The notes under the pieces: model-generated
The model's database searches: none
What the model saw: only the letters and a program-made list of their open reading frames with translations
What the model was told of the DNA's origin: nothing
Translations under genes and position numbers: made by a program
Part shown: piece by piece, positions 1-10,900 of the stretch
Numbering within the stretch: the first letter of the stretch is position 1
Layout of the letters: each line of letters begins with the position of its first letter
Assembly (NCBI GenBank): GCA_965552055.1
Contig: CBEVQO010000003.1
Location: 192,001-256,000, forward strand
Direction: 5' to 3'
From: an uncultured bacterium
GTDB lineage: Bacteria; Hydrothermota; UBA3073; NMUJ01; CBEVQO01
Length of the DNA stretch: 64,000 nt

Positions 1-1
1 T

Positions 2-1834
2 CCGATAACCGTTAGTATTCTCGGAAATCCGGATAATGGGGAAATAATTTGCTCTTATCTTGGAGCGCTTTTACTTTCTGCAATGTATTGTGCTATTGGA
101 ATTTTCGCATCCTCACTTTCGCGTTCACAAATTGTCAGTTATGTTATCGCCTTTATAATTGGATTTTTCTTCTTCTCCATAGGTAAAATTCTTGATTTCT
201 TCCCGACTTATCTTGTAAACTTTTTCGATTACTTAAGCATTGATAACCACTATAACAGCTTAATGCGGGGAGTGATAGATACGCGCGATATAATTTACTT
301 CCTCAGCATTTCTGCATTTTTCATAGTAATGACGCTTTACACCTATAAGAGAAGCAGAGGATTTAGACTTGAGCCTTCTTATGGCTGGCTCACTTTTGGA
401 ATAGTGGTGTTTTTGAACCTTGTATCAAGGAATATTTTTGCACGATTTGATTTAACCGAAGGTAAAATTTATTCGCTATCTAAAGCAACAAAATCCTACA
501 TTCGTAATTTACCTGATAAATTGATAATAAGAGCGTATATTTCAAGCAAATTACCTTTCCCTTATAATGCAAGAAGTTTATATGTGAGGGATTTACTAAA
601 TGAATATGTAGCAAATGCACGGGGTATGATAGAATATGACCTTATAGACCCGAAAGACCCGAAAACGGTTATGGAAGCGAGGCGCGCAGGGATACAGCCG
701 ATACTTTTCACAGAAATAAGACAGGGAGAGTTTAAGAGAAAAGAAGGTTATATGGGGATTGTTCTTCTTTACAAAGATAGAAGGGAAATAATTCCAATAA
801 TTGAAGATTTGCGAGGTCTTGAATATGACATTACCAGTAAAATAAGGAAACTTGTAACGGGAAAACTTGGGGTGCTTGGATTTACAAAGGGTCATGGTGA
901 AAAAGATTTGGATGAAAGAATAAGAGGGGCTTTGCTCGATCATTACAATATTTTAGATATTGATTTAACTAATCAAGATATTCCGGATAGTGTGGATGCG
1001 CTGGTGATTTTAGGTCCTTCTGAGAAATTTGATTCGGTTTCTTTACGCAAGTTAGATGATTTTGTGATGTCGGGTCGTCCTGTTGCCTTTTTCATAGATA
1101 AATACAATGTTGAGCCACAGATGTTTAATGCAAGATTTGTTCGAACAGGAATCGATACTCTATTGCATGCTTATGGCTTTAAAGTGAAAAGTGGAATGGT
1201 ATTTGATCGTCAATGTCAGCAGGTAACGATTGAAAGCAGAAGGGGCTTCTTTGTGATAACAAACATCACTGAATATCCTGCTTTTGTGAAAGTTACGGAT
1301 ATTAATAAAGAAAGTCCGATAACCAAGAATATAGAATCTGTTGTTCTTCCCTATTGTGCGCCAGTAGAAGGTGGCACTCCGCTTTTGCGCTCGTCAAAAT
1401 ACAGCTGGTTTGAGAAAAATGTATTCAATGTTTCTCCTTTGAGGGATTATTTTATGGGTAAGAAAAGGGGACCTTTTGTTCTTGGTGCGGTATCCACCGG
1501 TAAATTCAAGAGTGCATTCAAGAAAGGGGTAGAGAGTGCGGAAAACAGAATTTGTGTATTTGGCACATCAAAATTTGTGACAGGCAGATATGCAACGGTT
1601 CCCGGAGTTGCCCTATTTTTAAATGTTTGTGATTGGCTTATGCAGGATGAAGCACTTATTGCGATAAGAGGAAAAGGAGTGCAAGATAGGCCATTAAAAC
1701 CTGTTGGTAGAGGAACAAAGATGGCAATCAGGTATATAAATATGTTGATTCCAATTGTAGGTTTAATAGGTTATGGTTTGTTCCGTCTGAATCGCCGAAA
1801 GAAATATTACGAACTTCTGTTATCCGAAAAATGA
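2..1834 (+). CDS. GldF-like ABC permease fused to GldG/ABC-auxiliary domain (5' truncated by window)
   Basis: Frame open from position 2 (PITVSILGNPDNGEII...). GldF-like C-terminus (HYNSLMRGVIDTRDIIYF) runs into GldG motifs RFDLTEGKIYSLS, LEYDITSKI, GFTKGHGE. Confidence 0.85.
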   Translation, partial: PITVSILGNPDNGEIICSYLGALLLSAMYCAIGIFASSLSRSQIVSYVIAFIIGFFFFSIGKILDFFPTYLVNFFDYLSIDNHYNSLMRGVIDTRDIIYFLSISAFFIVMTLYTYKRSRGFRLEPSYGWLTFGIVVFLNLVSRNIFARFDLTEGKIYSLSKATKSYIRNLPDKLIIRAYISSKLPFPYNARSLYVRDLLNEYVANARGMIEYDLIDPKDPKTVMEARRAGIQPILFTEIRQGEFKRKEGYMGIVLLYKDRREIIPIIEDLRGLEYDITSKIRKLVTGKLGVLGFTKGHGEKDLDERIRGALLDHYNILDIDLTNQDIPDSVDALVILGPSEKFDSVSLRKLDDFVMSGRPVAFFIDKYNVEPQMFNARFVRTGIDTLLHAYGFKVKSGMVFDRQCQQVTIESRRGFFVITNITEYPAFVKVTDINKESPITKNIESVVLPYCAPVEGGTPLLRSSKYSWFEKNVFNVSPLRDYFMGKKRGPFVLGAVSTGKFKSAFKKGVESAENRICVFGTSKFVTGRYATVPGVALFLNVCDWLMQDEALIAIRGKGVQDRPLKPVGRGTKMAIRYINMLIPIVGLIGYGLFRLNRRKKYYELLLSEK

Positions 1835-1862
1835 CGAATAAAAACTTTAAAAAGGAGGTAAA

Positions 1863-2753
1863 ATGAGACAAAGGAAGGTTTTGGGTTTTCTTATAGGGGC
1901 ACTGGTTGTACTCATACTTACTTATGTATTTTTCCCGAGAACAAGTCGTCCCAAATATAAAAAGCCTTTTAGAAAATTGACACTTCAAAAAATAAAAGAA
2001 ATGTGGATTGAACAACCAAAAGACACTTTTCATTTTGTAAATACAGAAAAAGGATGGATGATATATTATCCCGATACATTTATTGCAGATACTATGGAGT
2101 TGAAGAGAACAGTAGAAGCTATAAGCAAAATGGAAGTAGGTAGAATAATATCCTCCGATACTTCAGATTACCCTGAATTTGACCTCACAGATAAGGCGAT
2201 TACAGTCAAAATAATACCTTTCAAAGGCAAGAAAATCGTTTTCAAAATAGGTAAAGTATCTGCTGATAGGATACACAGTTTTGTGAGATTTTTACCCGAT
2301 AAAAGTGTATTTTTGGTTAAAGAATTTGCCAGATGGCGTGTTAACAAAAGTTTGTATTCCTGGCGTGAAAAAACGATATTGCGATTTGACCCTCAGGACC
2401 TCGTCGAAATCAATATAAATTACGAGAAGAAAAAATTTAAACTTGAGAAAAAAGATGATAAATGGTATGAGGGAGAAAAAGAACTAAAAGATGAGGATAA
2501 AAAGAGAGTTAACCGCCTTATAAACATAGCGAAAAATCTGAGAGCGGATCAATTCTTTGAGAAAGGAGAAATAGAATTCAAAAAAGATTTTGAAGTTGTA
2601 TTCAAATTTGCAGATGGCACCGAGAAAAAAATAGAAATCGGGAAAAAAGAAGGAGGCTGGTATCCTGTGAAAGTAGCGTGGAGAAGGGCTATCTTTAAAA
2701 TTTCAAAGTGGAAAGTAAATCAATTAAACTGGGATAAAGAACACAAAATTTAG
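1863..2753 (+). CDS. DUF4340 domain protein
   Basis: N-terminal TM anchor, WREKTILRF motif, usual position after GldG-like gene; SD AGGAGG upstream. Confidence 0.75.
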   Translation: MRQRKVLGFLIGALVVLILTYVFFPRTSRPKYKKPFRKLTLQKIKEMWIEQPKDTFHFVNTEKGWMIYYPDTFIADTMELKRTVEAISKMEVGRIISSDTSDYPEFDLTDKAITVKIIPFKGKKIVFKIGKVSADRIHSFVRFLPDKSVFLVKEFARWRVNKSLYSWREKTILRFDPQDLVEININYEKKKFKLEKKDDKWYEGEKELKDEDKKRVNRLINIAKNLRADQFFEKGEIEFKKDFEVVFKFADGTEKKIEIGKKEGGWYPVKVAWRRAIFKISKWKVNQLNWDKEHKI

Positions 2754-4663
2754 TCCGCAATTAAAAATTGAACAAATCCTCTATTAACTTTTATTTCGGG
2801 TATTGCTTTTATATGCGCTTCAAAATCATATCGCCAGTTTGTTCCCATCTGTTGATAAGATACAGAAAATTCCCAGCAGTGCAAATCTTTTTTCAATGAG
2901 ATAGATTCACTAATTTTATTCTTTTCTCTTAAATCATAACTTCTTCTAAATTCAACGGATATTGTTTTTGTCAAAGCCTTCTTAAAATAAAAGCCGATTT
3001 GATGTGAAGCACGCGAATAGCTGTAGCGCAAATTTTTATGCTCGATACTGAAAGAATAAGATGTAATGCTAAAAGAATCCTGTTCAACAAAATATTTAAA
3101 TGAAGCAGAAAATTTTACAAGAGAAGAAAATCGAGAAGACAAACTAAAATTAAAATCTTTAAATTTATTTTTTTCAAAATTCCATCCGGAAGATATATTG
3201 AAATCGAAAAGGTTTATTTCTTTTTTCAGTTTTAATTTAAATTCGTTTTTTATACCGAAATTTAAGAATTTTCCTTTTTCTGGGTGAGAAGCTAATCCAC
3301 CGAACACAGGGAAAGAATCACCTTTTATATTGTTGTAACCGAAAGATAGAGAAGGCATCAATATATGGCGGAATTCGGGTTTGAAAATTGTCCTGCCATA
3401 AAGGGTTGTGCTCAATCCGCCTCTTATACCATAAGAATAAAAAAGAGGGAATTTTTTTCCACTTACCTCATCAAATTGAGTTGCCCTGAATGTAACGGAA
3501 GGAGTGAAAATAAAATATTTAAAAATTTTGTAATCTTTCGATAAAGAAAAATTGTTATCGAGTGCACTTTTATGGAAAGCATTTTCGTAATAATTAAGGA
3601 AGAGGGTATTATAAGACAGGTTTATTCCCCATATTTGTGGGATTTTCCATCCTATAGAAACCTTGGGCAAAAATCTTCTAAAAGTATTTTCCGAAAGATT
3701 TCTTTTTTCCTGAAAAGTAATACCTGCTGTGCCAAAACGCCATGATTTTGATATAGAAAGGGTTATTTTACCTTCTGTTTCTATGGGTGTCAAAGAATCT
3801 GCATATTCTTTACGATACGCAAGGTCACTTGCCATATCAACATCCGCTTTTATGCTTAAATTCTTTGAAGCCCAGGTATAATTGTTAACATAATTAATAC
3901 TCCATCTTAATTTTTTGTCAATTTTTTTATAAACAAATGTGGAAAATGCTCTACCTGTAATCCATGGTTTTACAAGATAAATAAATTCTATACAAAATTG
4001 TGGTTCTAATTTTTGTTGTAAATTTAGAGTAAAAGTGACATCGGAATAATCATTTATTACAAGGTAATAAGAAACATCTCTCACAAATCTACCCCGTAGC
4101 ATGTCTATTCCGATTTTGGGATATAAAAATCCTGATTTTCTCTTTTTGGTAATGGGGAAGTACCAGAAAGGCACCCAGAAAGAAGATATTCCTTTTATAA
4201 CAAGGATAACAGGGCGTGCAAAAAGCATGTCATCAAGATAAACCCTTGCTTCTTTTGCTTTGAAATAATAATGAGGTTTAATTTCAGAACATGTAGTAAA
4301 TTCTACATCCTCAATTGCGTACTCTTTTTTTCCAATTTTATATGTTTCTTTACCCCATGCCCAGCCACGAAAAACTTTCATCTCAGAAGAAAGAGAAATT
4401 CCTTTGCCTGTTTTTATATCATAAGCCATCTCACATGATTTTATAACATTTTCACCAGAATATAAAACAGCATTACCGTAGGCTATTATAAAACCTGTAT
4501 CCGGGAGATAAAGAATGGTTTCGGCACACACTTTTACACTTTCTGTATTAATTTCTGCATCACCTATTAACAGAATTCTCTCTCTTTCTTTGTCATAAAA
4601 AAGATAGTCAGCCTTCCACCAGACTTTTGTGGTGTCCATGAATAAGAAAAAAATTATCAACAT
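2750..4663 (-). CDS. lptD: putative LPS-assembly outer-membrane protein LptD
   Basis: OstA-like N-terminus, FTTC..KPHYYF, PFWYFP...RKSGFLYP, aromatic beta-strands, DLHCWEF near C-terminus. Confidence 0.8.
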   Translation of the reverse strand: MLIIFFLFMDTTKVWWKADYLFYDKERERILLIGDAEINTESVKVCAETILYLPDTGFIIAYGNAVLYSGENVIKSCEMAYDIKTGKGISLSSEMKVFRGWAWGKETYKIGKKEYAIEDVEFTTCSEIKPHYYFKAKEARVYLDDMLFARPVILVIKGISSFWVPFWYFPITKKRKSGFLYPKIGIDMLRGRFVRDVSYYLVINDYSDVTFTLNLQQKLEPQFCIEFIYLVKPWITGRAFSTFVYKKIDKKLRWSINYVNNYTWASKNLSIKADVDMASDLAYRKEYADSLTPIETEGKITLSISKSWRFGTAGITFQEKRNLSENTFRRFLPKVSIGWKIPQIWGINLSYNTLFLNYYENAFHKSALDNNFSLSKDYKIFKYFIFTPSVTFRATQFDEVSGKKFPLFYSYGIRGGLSTTLYGRTIFKPEFRHILMPSLSFGYNNIKGDSFPVFGGLASHPEKGKFLNFGIKNEFKLKLKKEINLFDFNISSGWNFEKNKFKDFNFSLSSRFSSLVKFSASFKYFVEQDSFSITSYSFSIEHKNLRYSYSRASHQIGFYFKKALTKTISVEFRRSYDLREKNKISESISLKKDLHCWEFSVSYQQMGTNWRYDFEAHIKAIPEIKVNRGFVQFLIAD

Positions 4664-4672
4664 TACCTAATA

Positions 4673-4699
4673 ATTTTAATCTAAAATGAAAATTGTCAA
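4673..4699 (-). promoter_or_regulatory. sigma70-like promoter for lptD (TTGACA-N15-TAAAAT), 9 nt before ATG
   Basis: Consensus-like boxes read on the minus strand. Confidence 0.6.
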
Positions 4700-4732
4700 A
4701 CATTAAAAATTAATCTTGTAGAAATGGGTCAA

Positions 4733-4749
4733 GGAGGGCGAAGCCCTCC
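4733..4749 (+). repeat. perfect hairpin GGAGGGC-GAA-GCCCTCC in a GC-rich intergenic patch
   Basis: 7-bp inverted repeat with a GAA loop. Confidence 0.7.
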
Positions 4750-4819
4750 GAAAAATCTATAGGGTGGGCGGGATAATTAGAATAAGGTTGACAAATTAAA
4801 ATAAAGGTTAAACATTAAT

Positions 4820-5482
4820 GTGCAGATAAAGTTCGAGACACTATGGCTACTTAAAAATTTAAGAGGGTTTCTTTATTTTTCAAAAGAAGAATTTCCCGAA
4901 GAAAAAATAAAATGGCTCAAGAGAAAATTTAGATATCGAAATTTAGGAATTTTATCTACACTTGCACGAAAAGAAATTTTACAGAAAGAACCTTTTATAA
5001 ATATTGCTCCAGAAGATGTAATTCATCCGGATATTTTTCAAAAAATCAAAAATGATTTACATTTAACCTTACTTTGTGCTTCAAAATTTGTTTGCGGTTT
5101 GATAATTATCGGTGAAAAAGCTCAGGAAGAAATAGAAAATTTAATAATTTGCGAAAAATATCTAAAAGGTGAGATTTCGGATAAAGAATTAAAGTTTAAT
5201 TTAAGATTAATAGATTATGCAGGAATAGACCTCGCACACTCACTGATATCCAGAATAAAGCCATTAGTAAAAAGTAGAAATTTAGAAAAAATTTATGAGA
5301 TACAAAAAGAAGTAGCGGTCAAAGATTTTGAGAAAAGATTTTGGCGAATAAAAGATAAAGAGGGAAAAAGATTCGTATTTTATCTTACAACAATAAAATT
5401 TTTGGACAAAGAAATTTTAAAAAACATTGAAGAAGATGAGGTACTTTCAATGCTTCAGGTAGTTCCAGCTTTATACTTGTAG
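4820..5482 (+). CDS. hypothetical protein
   Basis: 220-aa ORF with GTG start, TTGACA at 4788; no family recognised. Confidence 0.6.
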   Translation: MQIKFETLWLLKNLRGFLYFSKEEFPEEKIKWLKRKFRYRNLGILSTLARKEILQKEPFINIAPEDVIHPDIFQKIKNDLHLTLLCASKFVCGLIIIGEKAQEEIENLIICEKYLKGEISDKELKFNLRLIDYAGIDLAHSLISRIKPLVKSRNLEKIYEIQKEVAVKDFEKRFWRIKDKEGKRFVFYLTTIKFLDKEILKNIEEDEVLSMLQVVPALYL

Positions 5483-5937
5483 GTCATTAAAATATCTATT
5501 TTTTCCTCTGTAGGTATACGGTCGATTATCAGGATACCATTTAAATGGTCTATTTCGTGCTGGAATGCCCTTGCTGATAAACCTTCTGCTATAATTTCTC
5601 GTTCAACGCCTTCGGGCGTAAAACCTCGCACTTTAACCCTTTGATACCTCTTTATCTCAAGATAAACATCGGGTAAAGAAAGACAGCCTTCTTCACAAAT
5701 TTCTTCACCTTCGCCTTCTATTATCTCGGGGTTCACAAGGCGTATAAATTCATCATTCATCTTTACAACTATCAACCTTTTCAAAATGCCTATTTGTGGA
5801 GCAGAAAAACCAACTCCTTCTTTTTCTTTCATTATTTCTTCCATTCTTTCAAAAATCAGATTTAAATCGCCTTCGGGATTCACTTCTTCACATTTTTGAC
5901 GCAAAACAGGGTCAGGATATATTCTAAGATTCAGCAT
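5455..5937 (-). CDS. def: peptide deformylase
   Basis: GVGFSAPQIG, EGCLS, HEIDH motifs; probable ATG at 5937 overlapping the aspS end. Confidence 0.95.
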   Translation of the reverse strand: MLNLRIYPDPVLRQKCEEVNPEGDLNLIFERMEEIMKEKEGVGFSAPQIGILKRLIVVKMNDEFIRLVNPEIIEGEGEEICEEGCLSLPDVYLEIKRYQRVKVRGFTPEGVEREIIAEGLSARAFQHEIDHLNGILIIDRIPTEEKIDILMTYKYKAGTT

Positions 5938-7627
5938 TTTCAATTTTGATACCAAGTTCTTTTAATTGTTCTTCAAGCACTTCCGATGGTATTTCTTCCA
6001 TTAATCCCTGTCCCCTTGCGGTTTTAGGGAAAGGAATTGTATCCTGAATCGTCTGTAAGCCGAGCATCAAAACACACAATCTATCAATCCCCAGTGCTAT
6101 GCCACCATGAGGAGGTGCCCCGTATTCAAGTGCAGTTAATAAAAAGCCAAAATTGCGTTCAATCTCTTCTTTTGTCATACCAAGTACCTGCATAACTTTT
6201 TCCTGTAAATCTCTGTGATGTATCCTTATACTGCCAGAGCCAAGTTCAACACCATTTAAAACAAGGTCATACTGTTTTGCTATTATCTTATCGGGATTTG
6301 AAAAATTAATTTTTTCAATATTTTCAACTTTTGGCATCGTAAAAATATGATGACAGGGTTGCCATCTTCTTTCATCTTCATTCCATTCAAAAAGAGGAAA
6401 ATCGGTAATCCATACAAATTCAAACTTTTTATCTGTTTTGAGTTTTTTTACCAGTTCCCTTCTTATCAAACCAAGAGGTGTGTGTGCCTTTCCCCATTTA
6501 TTTGCACAGAAAAAGAAAACAGAAGGAGATTGAGGATTTAAAGGTGTTATATCAAAATATTTAGCAATAGGTCCCGATTTTTCACCATCTTTATATTTTA
6601 TCCATGCAACTGGTTTTTCTGCTATTTTCAACAATTCATCAATCTCTTTTCTTGATAATTCTCCATCCCAGCGCAACATTATTACTTTTTCAGCATCTTT
6701 AAAAATTTTTAAATCGGATTTCTTTGCAATTTCTGTGATATCTTCTAAAAATAAATTAAATCTTGTATCAGGTTTATCGGAGCCATATTTTTCAATTGCT
6801 TCTTTGTAAGTTAATCTTTTAAAAGGAGTTTCTATTTCAAAGTTTAAACATTCTTTAAAAAGTTTTTTCATCATTTCTTCTATGAGATTGAAAATATCTT
6901 CTTCATCGCAGAAGCTCATTTCTATATCGAGTTGAAGGAATTCCGGCTGTCTGTCTGCTCTTAAATCTTCATCTCTCAGGCATTTTGCTATCTGATAATA
7001 TTTATCAAAACCCGCAACCATCAATATTTGTTTATAAAGCTGGGGTGATTGAGCGAGTGCATAAAATTTGCCGGGATTGAGGCGCGATGGAACCAAAAAA
7101 TCTCTTGCACCTTCGGGTGTGCTTTTGGCAAGTAAAGGTGTTTCGATTTCTAAAAAATCTTTATCAGCCAGAAAATCTCTTATTATCTTCATAACTTTGC
7201 TTTTGAATATAACGGGATACTGGTGCTTCGGTCTTCTAAGGTCAAGGTATCTGTATTTCATTCTTATATCGTCTCTTACTTTTACATCGTCCCTTACAAC
7301 AAAAGGTGTCATTTTGCATTCGGATAAAATTTCGATTTCCTCTGCAACTACTTCGATTTCACCTGTAGGAAGGTTTGGATTTATCATTCCCTTTGGGCGT
7401 TCACGCACTTTGCCTTTAATCTTCAAAACATATTCGAGACCGAGTTTTCTTGCCTTTTCCATAAGATTTTTATCTTCAACGACTATTTGTGTGATTCCAT
7501 ATCTATCTCTTAAATTTAAGAAAATGAAGTTACCGTAATCACGGATCGATGCGAGCCAGCCACAGAGTGTTACGCTCTTGCCAGCATCCTCTTTGCGTAA
7601 TTCACCACAATTATGTGTTCTCAACAT
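5924..7627 (-). CDS. aspS: aspartate--tRNA ligase
   Basis: MLRTHNCGEL start, YRYLDLRR, STPEGARDFLVP, LAQSPQLYKQ, GAPPHGGIALGIDR. Confidence 0.97.
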   Translation of the reverse strand: MLRTHNCGELRKEDAGKSVTLCGWLASIRDYGNFIFLNLRDRYGITQIVVEDKNLMEKARKLGLEYVLKIKGKVRERPKGMINPNLPTGEIEVVAEEIEILSECKMTPFVVRDDVKVRDDIRMKYRYLDLRRPKHQYPVIFKSKVMKIIRDFLADKDFLEIETPLLAKSTPEGARDFLVPSRLNPGKFYALAQSPQLYKQILMVAGFDKYYQIAKCLRDEDLRADRQPEFLQLDIEMSFCDEEDIFNLIEEMMKKLFKECLNFEIETPFKRLTYKEAIEKYGSDKPDTRFNLFLEDITEIAKKSDLKIFKDAEKVIMLRWDGELSRKEIDELLKIAEKPVAWIKYKDGEKSGPIAKYFDITPLNPQSPSVFFFCANKWGKAHTPLGLIRRELVKKLKTDKKFEFVWITDFPLFEWNEDERRWQPCHHIFTMPKVENIEKINFSNPDKIIAKQYDLVLNGVELGSGSIRIHHRDLQEKVMQVLGMTKEEIERNFGFLLTALEYGAPPHGGIALGIDRLCVLMLGLQTIQDTIPFPKTARGQGLMEEIPSEVLEEQLKELGIKIENAES

Positions 7628-7632
7628 CCATT

Positions 7633-7659
7633 ATTTTATCCTGTTACTCAAAAAGTCAA
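7633..7659 (-). promoter_or_regulatory. promoter for aspS (TTGACT-N15-TAAAAT), 5 nt before ATG, likely leaderless
   Basis: Boxes on the minus strand; no SD sequence. Confidence 0.6.
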
Positions 7660-7673
7660 GAAATTAAATTCAT

Positions 7674-7848
7674 ATTTTTAGCCCCGCCTCCGCTGTCCCC
7701 ACCTTCCCGATTAAGTCAGCCCACTACTTCCCCCGCTATAACGCAATCAGAAGATAAAGCGTAAAACACCAGAGTAACCCACATCCCCATAATGGGCTGA
7801 CATATCAACCCACAGGTATTATGCTCGGCTACGCCTCGCATTAAAAAT
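7674..7848 (-). repeat. structured intergenic element, copy 1 (ncRNA or non-autonomous mobile element)
   Basis: 7680-7725 matches 59131-59176 at 45/46 nt and 7775-7812 matches 59225-59262 at 36/38 nt; internal inverted repeat GTCAGCCCA/TGGGCTGAC. Strand inferred from G-U-compatible pairing. Confidence 0.8.
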
Positions 7849-7905
7849 TTTTAGGTCACAGACCTGACACTGATATGGCTTCTTACCCTCTTATGAAATA
7901 ATTTA

Positions 7906-7932
7906 TTGACAGAGGAAAATGCTGATTATAAT
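7906..7932 (+). promoter_or_regulatory. promoter TTGACA-N15-TATAAT
   Basis: Perfect consensus boxes, followed by SD AGGAGG and ATG 7950. Confidence 0.7.
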
Positions 7933-7949
7933 ATGCAAAAGGAGGGGGT

Positions 7950-10900
7950 ATGAGGCGTGTTGCTTTATTATTTTTTATTTTAACAGGGACAGCTTTCGCA
8001 AAGATATGGGTTGTAGATACCACAGGTGCAGAAGGTGAGAAATTACAAGCTGCTATTGATTCAGCATGGGCAAACCCGGGCATTGATACAGTGCTCCTAA
8101 AAGATGGAACTTATCATCTTGGAGGAGTAAATGGAGATACTGGTTTGATAATGCGTGATTCTGTTGTGCTTATGAGTGAAAATGGAGCTCAAAAATGCAC
8201 GCTAACTGCTGCATCAGAAGATGGCACAGATACTGCATGGCATGTCATCTATTGCAGTGGATGGGATACCGCATCGCATGCAGCACTAATAAGGGGCTTC
8301 ACCATAAAAGATGGCGCTGCATGGGGTGCTTCTCCTCATGATCGCGGTGGTGGAATCTACATCGACTCTGCATCACCTACAATAGATTCGTGCATAATCA
8401 CAAACAATTTTGCTTGGGCTAGCGGTGCAGGAATTTACATTCTTGACCATTCTTCACCCATATTATCAGGCAACACAATCACAGACAATATTGGCGGCGT
8501 TGGCGGCGGAATTTACATTCATGTCTATTCTTCACCCACATTGAAAGGCAACACAATCACAAACAATTCTGCTGCTTTGGATGGTGGAGGTATCCACATT
8601 ACTGACTATTCTTCACCCATATTAATAGGTAACACAATTACAAACAATTCTGCTGCTAATGGTGGCGGAATTTACATTCATGACCATTCTTCACCCACAT
8701 TGGAAGGCAACACAATCACAAACAATTCTGCTGATGATGATGGTGGCGGAATTTACATTGCTTACTCTTGTTCACCCACATTATCAGGCAACACAATTAC
8801 AGACAATTCTGCTAATGATGAAGGTGGTGGAATTTCCATTCGTTCTTTTTGTTCACCCACATTATCAAGCAACACAATCATAAACAATTCTGCTAATTAT
8901 GGTGGCGGAATTTTCATTTGGTACTATTCTTCACCTACATTGGAATGCAACACAATCACAAACAATTCTGCTAATTGGGGTGGTGGAATTTACATTTATG
9001 ACCATTCTTCGCCTACATTATCCGGCAACACAATCACAAATAATTATGCTAATTATGGTGGCGGAATTTGTATTTATAAATATTGCTCTGCAAAGCTAAC
9101 AAAATGTGTAATCTGTATGAACAAAAGCAAATCAGGCGGTGTAATATATGATACTCTTAATTCAAGAATTATAATTGATAGCTCATTCATCGCGGACAAT
9201 GAAGGGCTCGCTTATATTGCATCGGATGCAGATTCAGGGGTGACATTCAGGCTTACACAGAGTCACATTTACTATAACACTTTTCAACTGGATACAGAAA
9301 TCAACAACCTATCGAGTGTGACGATAAATCTTGAGAATAATTTCTGGTGGGATAAAACATTTAGCGAAATATCTGCAAAAATAAAAGGTAACGCTGATTT
9401 TTATCCATGGCTGGATGATTTTATTTTAGAAGGTGTACCAGCTGAGCCTGTGGGCGTTTATTCTTTAAAGAATTATGACAGAGATTTTCTTACAATTATT
9501 GACTCAGTTGGCGAAGGAGATACACTTTATATAAAACTTACTGGATATGACAGGAATCCTGATTTGCGCGAACTCGCAATAGTAATTTTGAAATCAAGCG
9601 TTTATCCACAGGGAATAGCGGTTGGACTCATTGAAACAGATACAAATTCTGGAGTTTATGAAGGCAAAGCTTATGTTCTGGAAAGCACAGGTAATGATAC
9701 TATAAGAACTGACGATATAAATCAAATAATACGGGTTGATCCGATAGGTGATGAGATAATACTTCAAAGCAATATTGATACCACAAAGAAGTTCTTTGTT
9801 AAGTACAAAGGAGGACTTCAACCTGATATTGTGCTTTCGGATACTGTCCATGATTTTGGCTCATGTTCACCCTACGACACGATTGACTGGCAAATGTGGG
9901 TAAAGAATGCAGGTAATACAAATCTTGTAATTGATAGCGTTAGATTAGAGGCACCTTTTGCGATAGTTTCACCAACTTTGCCAGAAACAATATCACTCAG
10001 TGATAGTTCAGAATTCACAATAAGGTTTAATCCACAAGATATAGGTGATTTCTTCGATACAATGGAAATTTACTCGAATGACCCTGATGAGCCTGTTGCA
10101 AAAATATATCTTTCTGGAAAAGTACTCGCATCCAATATTATACTTTCGGATACAATACATGATTTTGGTATATGTTCACCTTATGACACAATAGATTGGA
10201 AAGTGTGGGTAAAAAATACGGGTAACGAAACTCTATCGGTTGACAGTGTCAAAGTAAATCTGCCTTTTAAATTAATTTCGCCTTCATTGTCCCAAATCAT
10301 ATTGCCAAGTGATAGCACAGAGTTTACAATAAGATTTAATCCACAGGATACGGGCAGTTTCTTTGATACTATGAAAATTTACTCGGATGACCCTAATAAA
10401 CCCGTTGCGAAAATATATCTTTCAGGAAGAGCAGTTATACCCAATATTGTTCTCTCGGATACTTTGCACGATTTTGATTCATGTTTCCTTTATGGCACAA
10501 TATATTGGAAAATGAAAGTATGGAATAAAGGTAACATAGACCTCATAATTGATAGTGTAAAGGTAAATTCGCCTTTCTTTGTAACTTCACCTTCATTCCC
10601 CCAGACCATACAGCCTGATGGTAGTTTAGAGCTCACAATCTGCTTCAATCCTCAGGATACGGGCAATTTTGTTGACACCATGAAAATTTACTCAAATGAC
10701 CCGGATGAACCTGTTGCAAAAGTGGTATTAATCGCATCATGCGTGGGATTGCAGGAGATGTTGCCAAAGACATTCAAAGTAAACAATACGCCAAATCCAT
10801 TCAGCAACTTCACAAAAATAAAATATCAATTGCCAGAAGAAGAAAAAGTAAGAATTGAAATAATAGATATAACAGGAAGATTGATAAAAGTATTGGTTGA

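Noticed and set aside
7674..7848. T-box or riboswitch leader of aspS
   Set aside because: The aspS promoter lies between the element and the gene, no T-box consensus was seen, and the second copy is not upstream of a synthetase.
7853..7869. Small inverted repeat AGGTC-ACA-GACCT
   Set aside because: 5-bp stem, single occurrence; not distinguishable from chance.
8340..9090. CRISPR-like periodic repeats
   Set aside because: Units are in-frame coding repeats of a beta-helix; variable parts are a few codons, not spacers; no cas genes.
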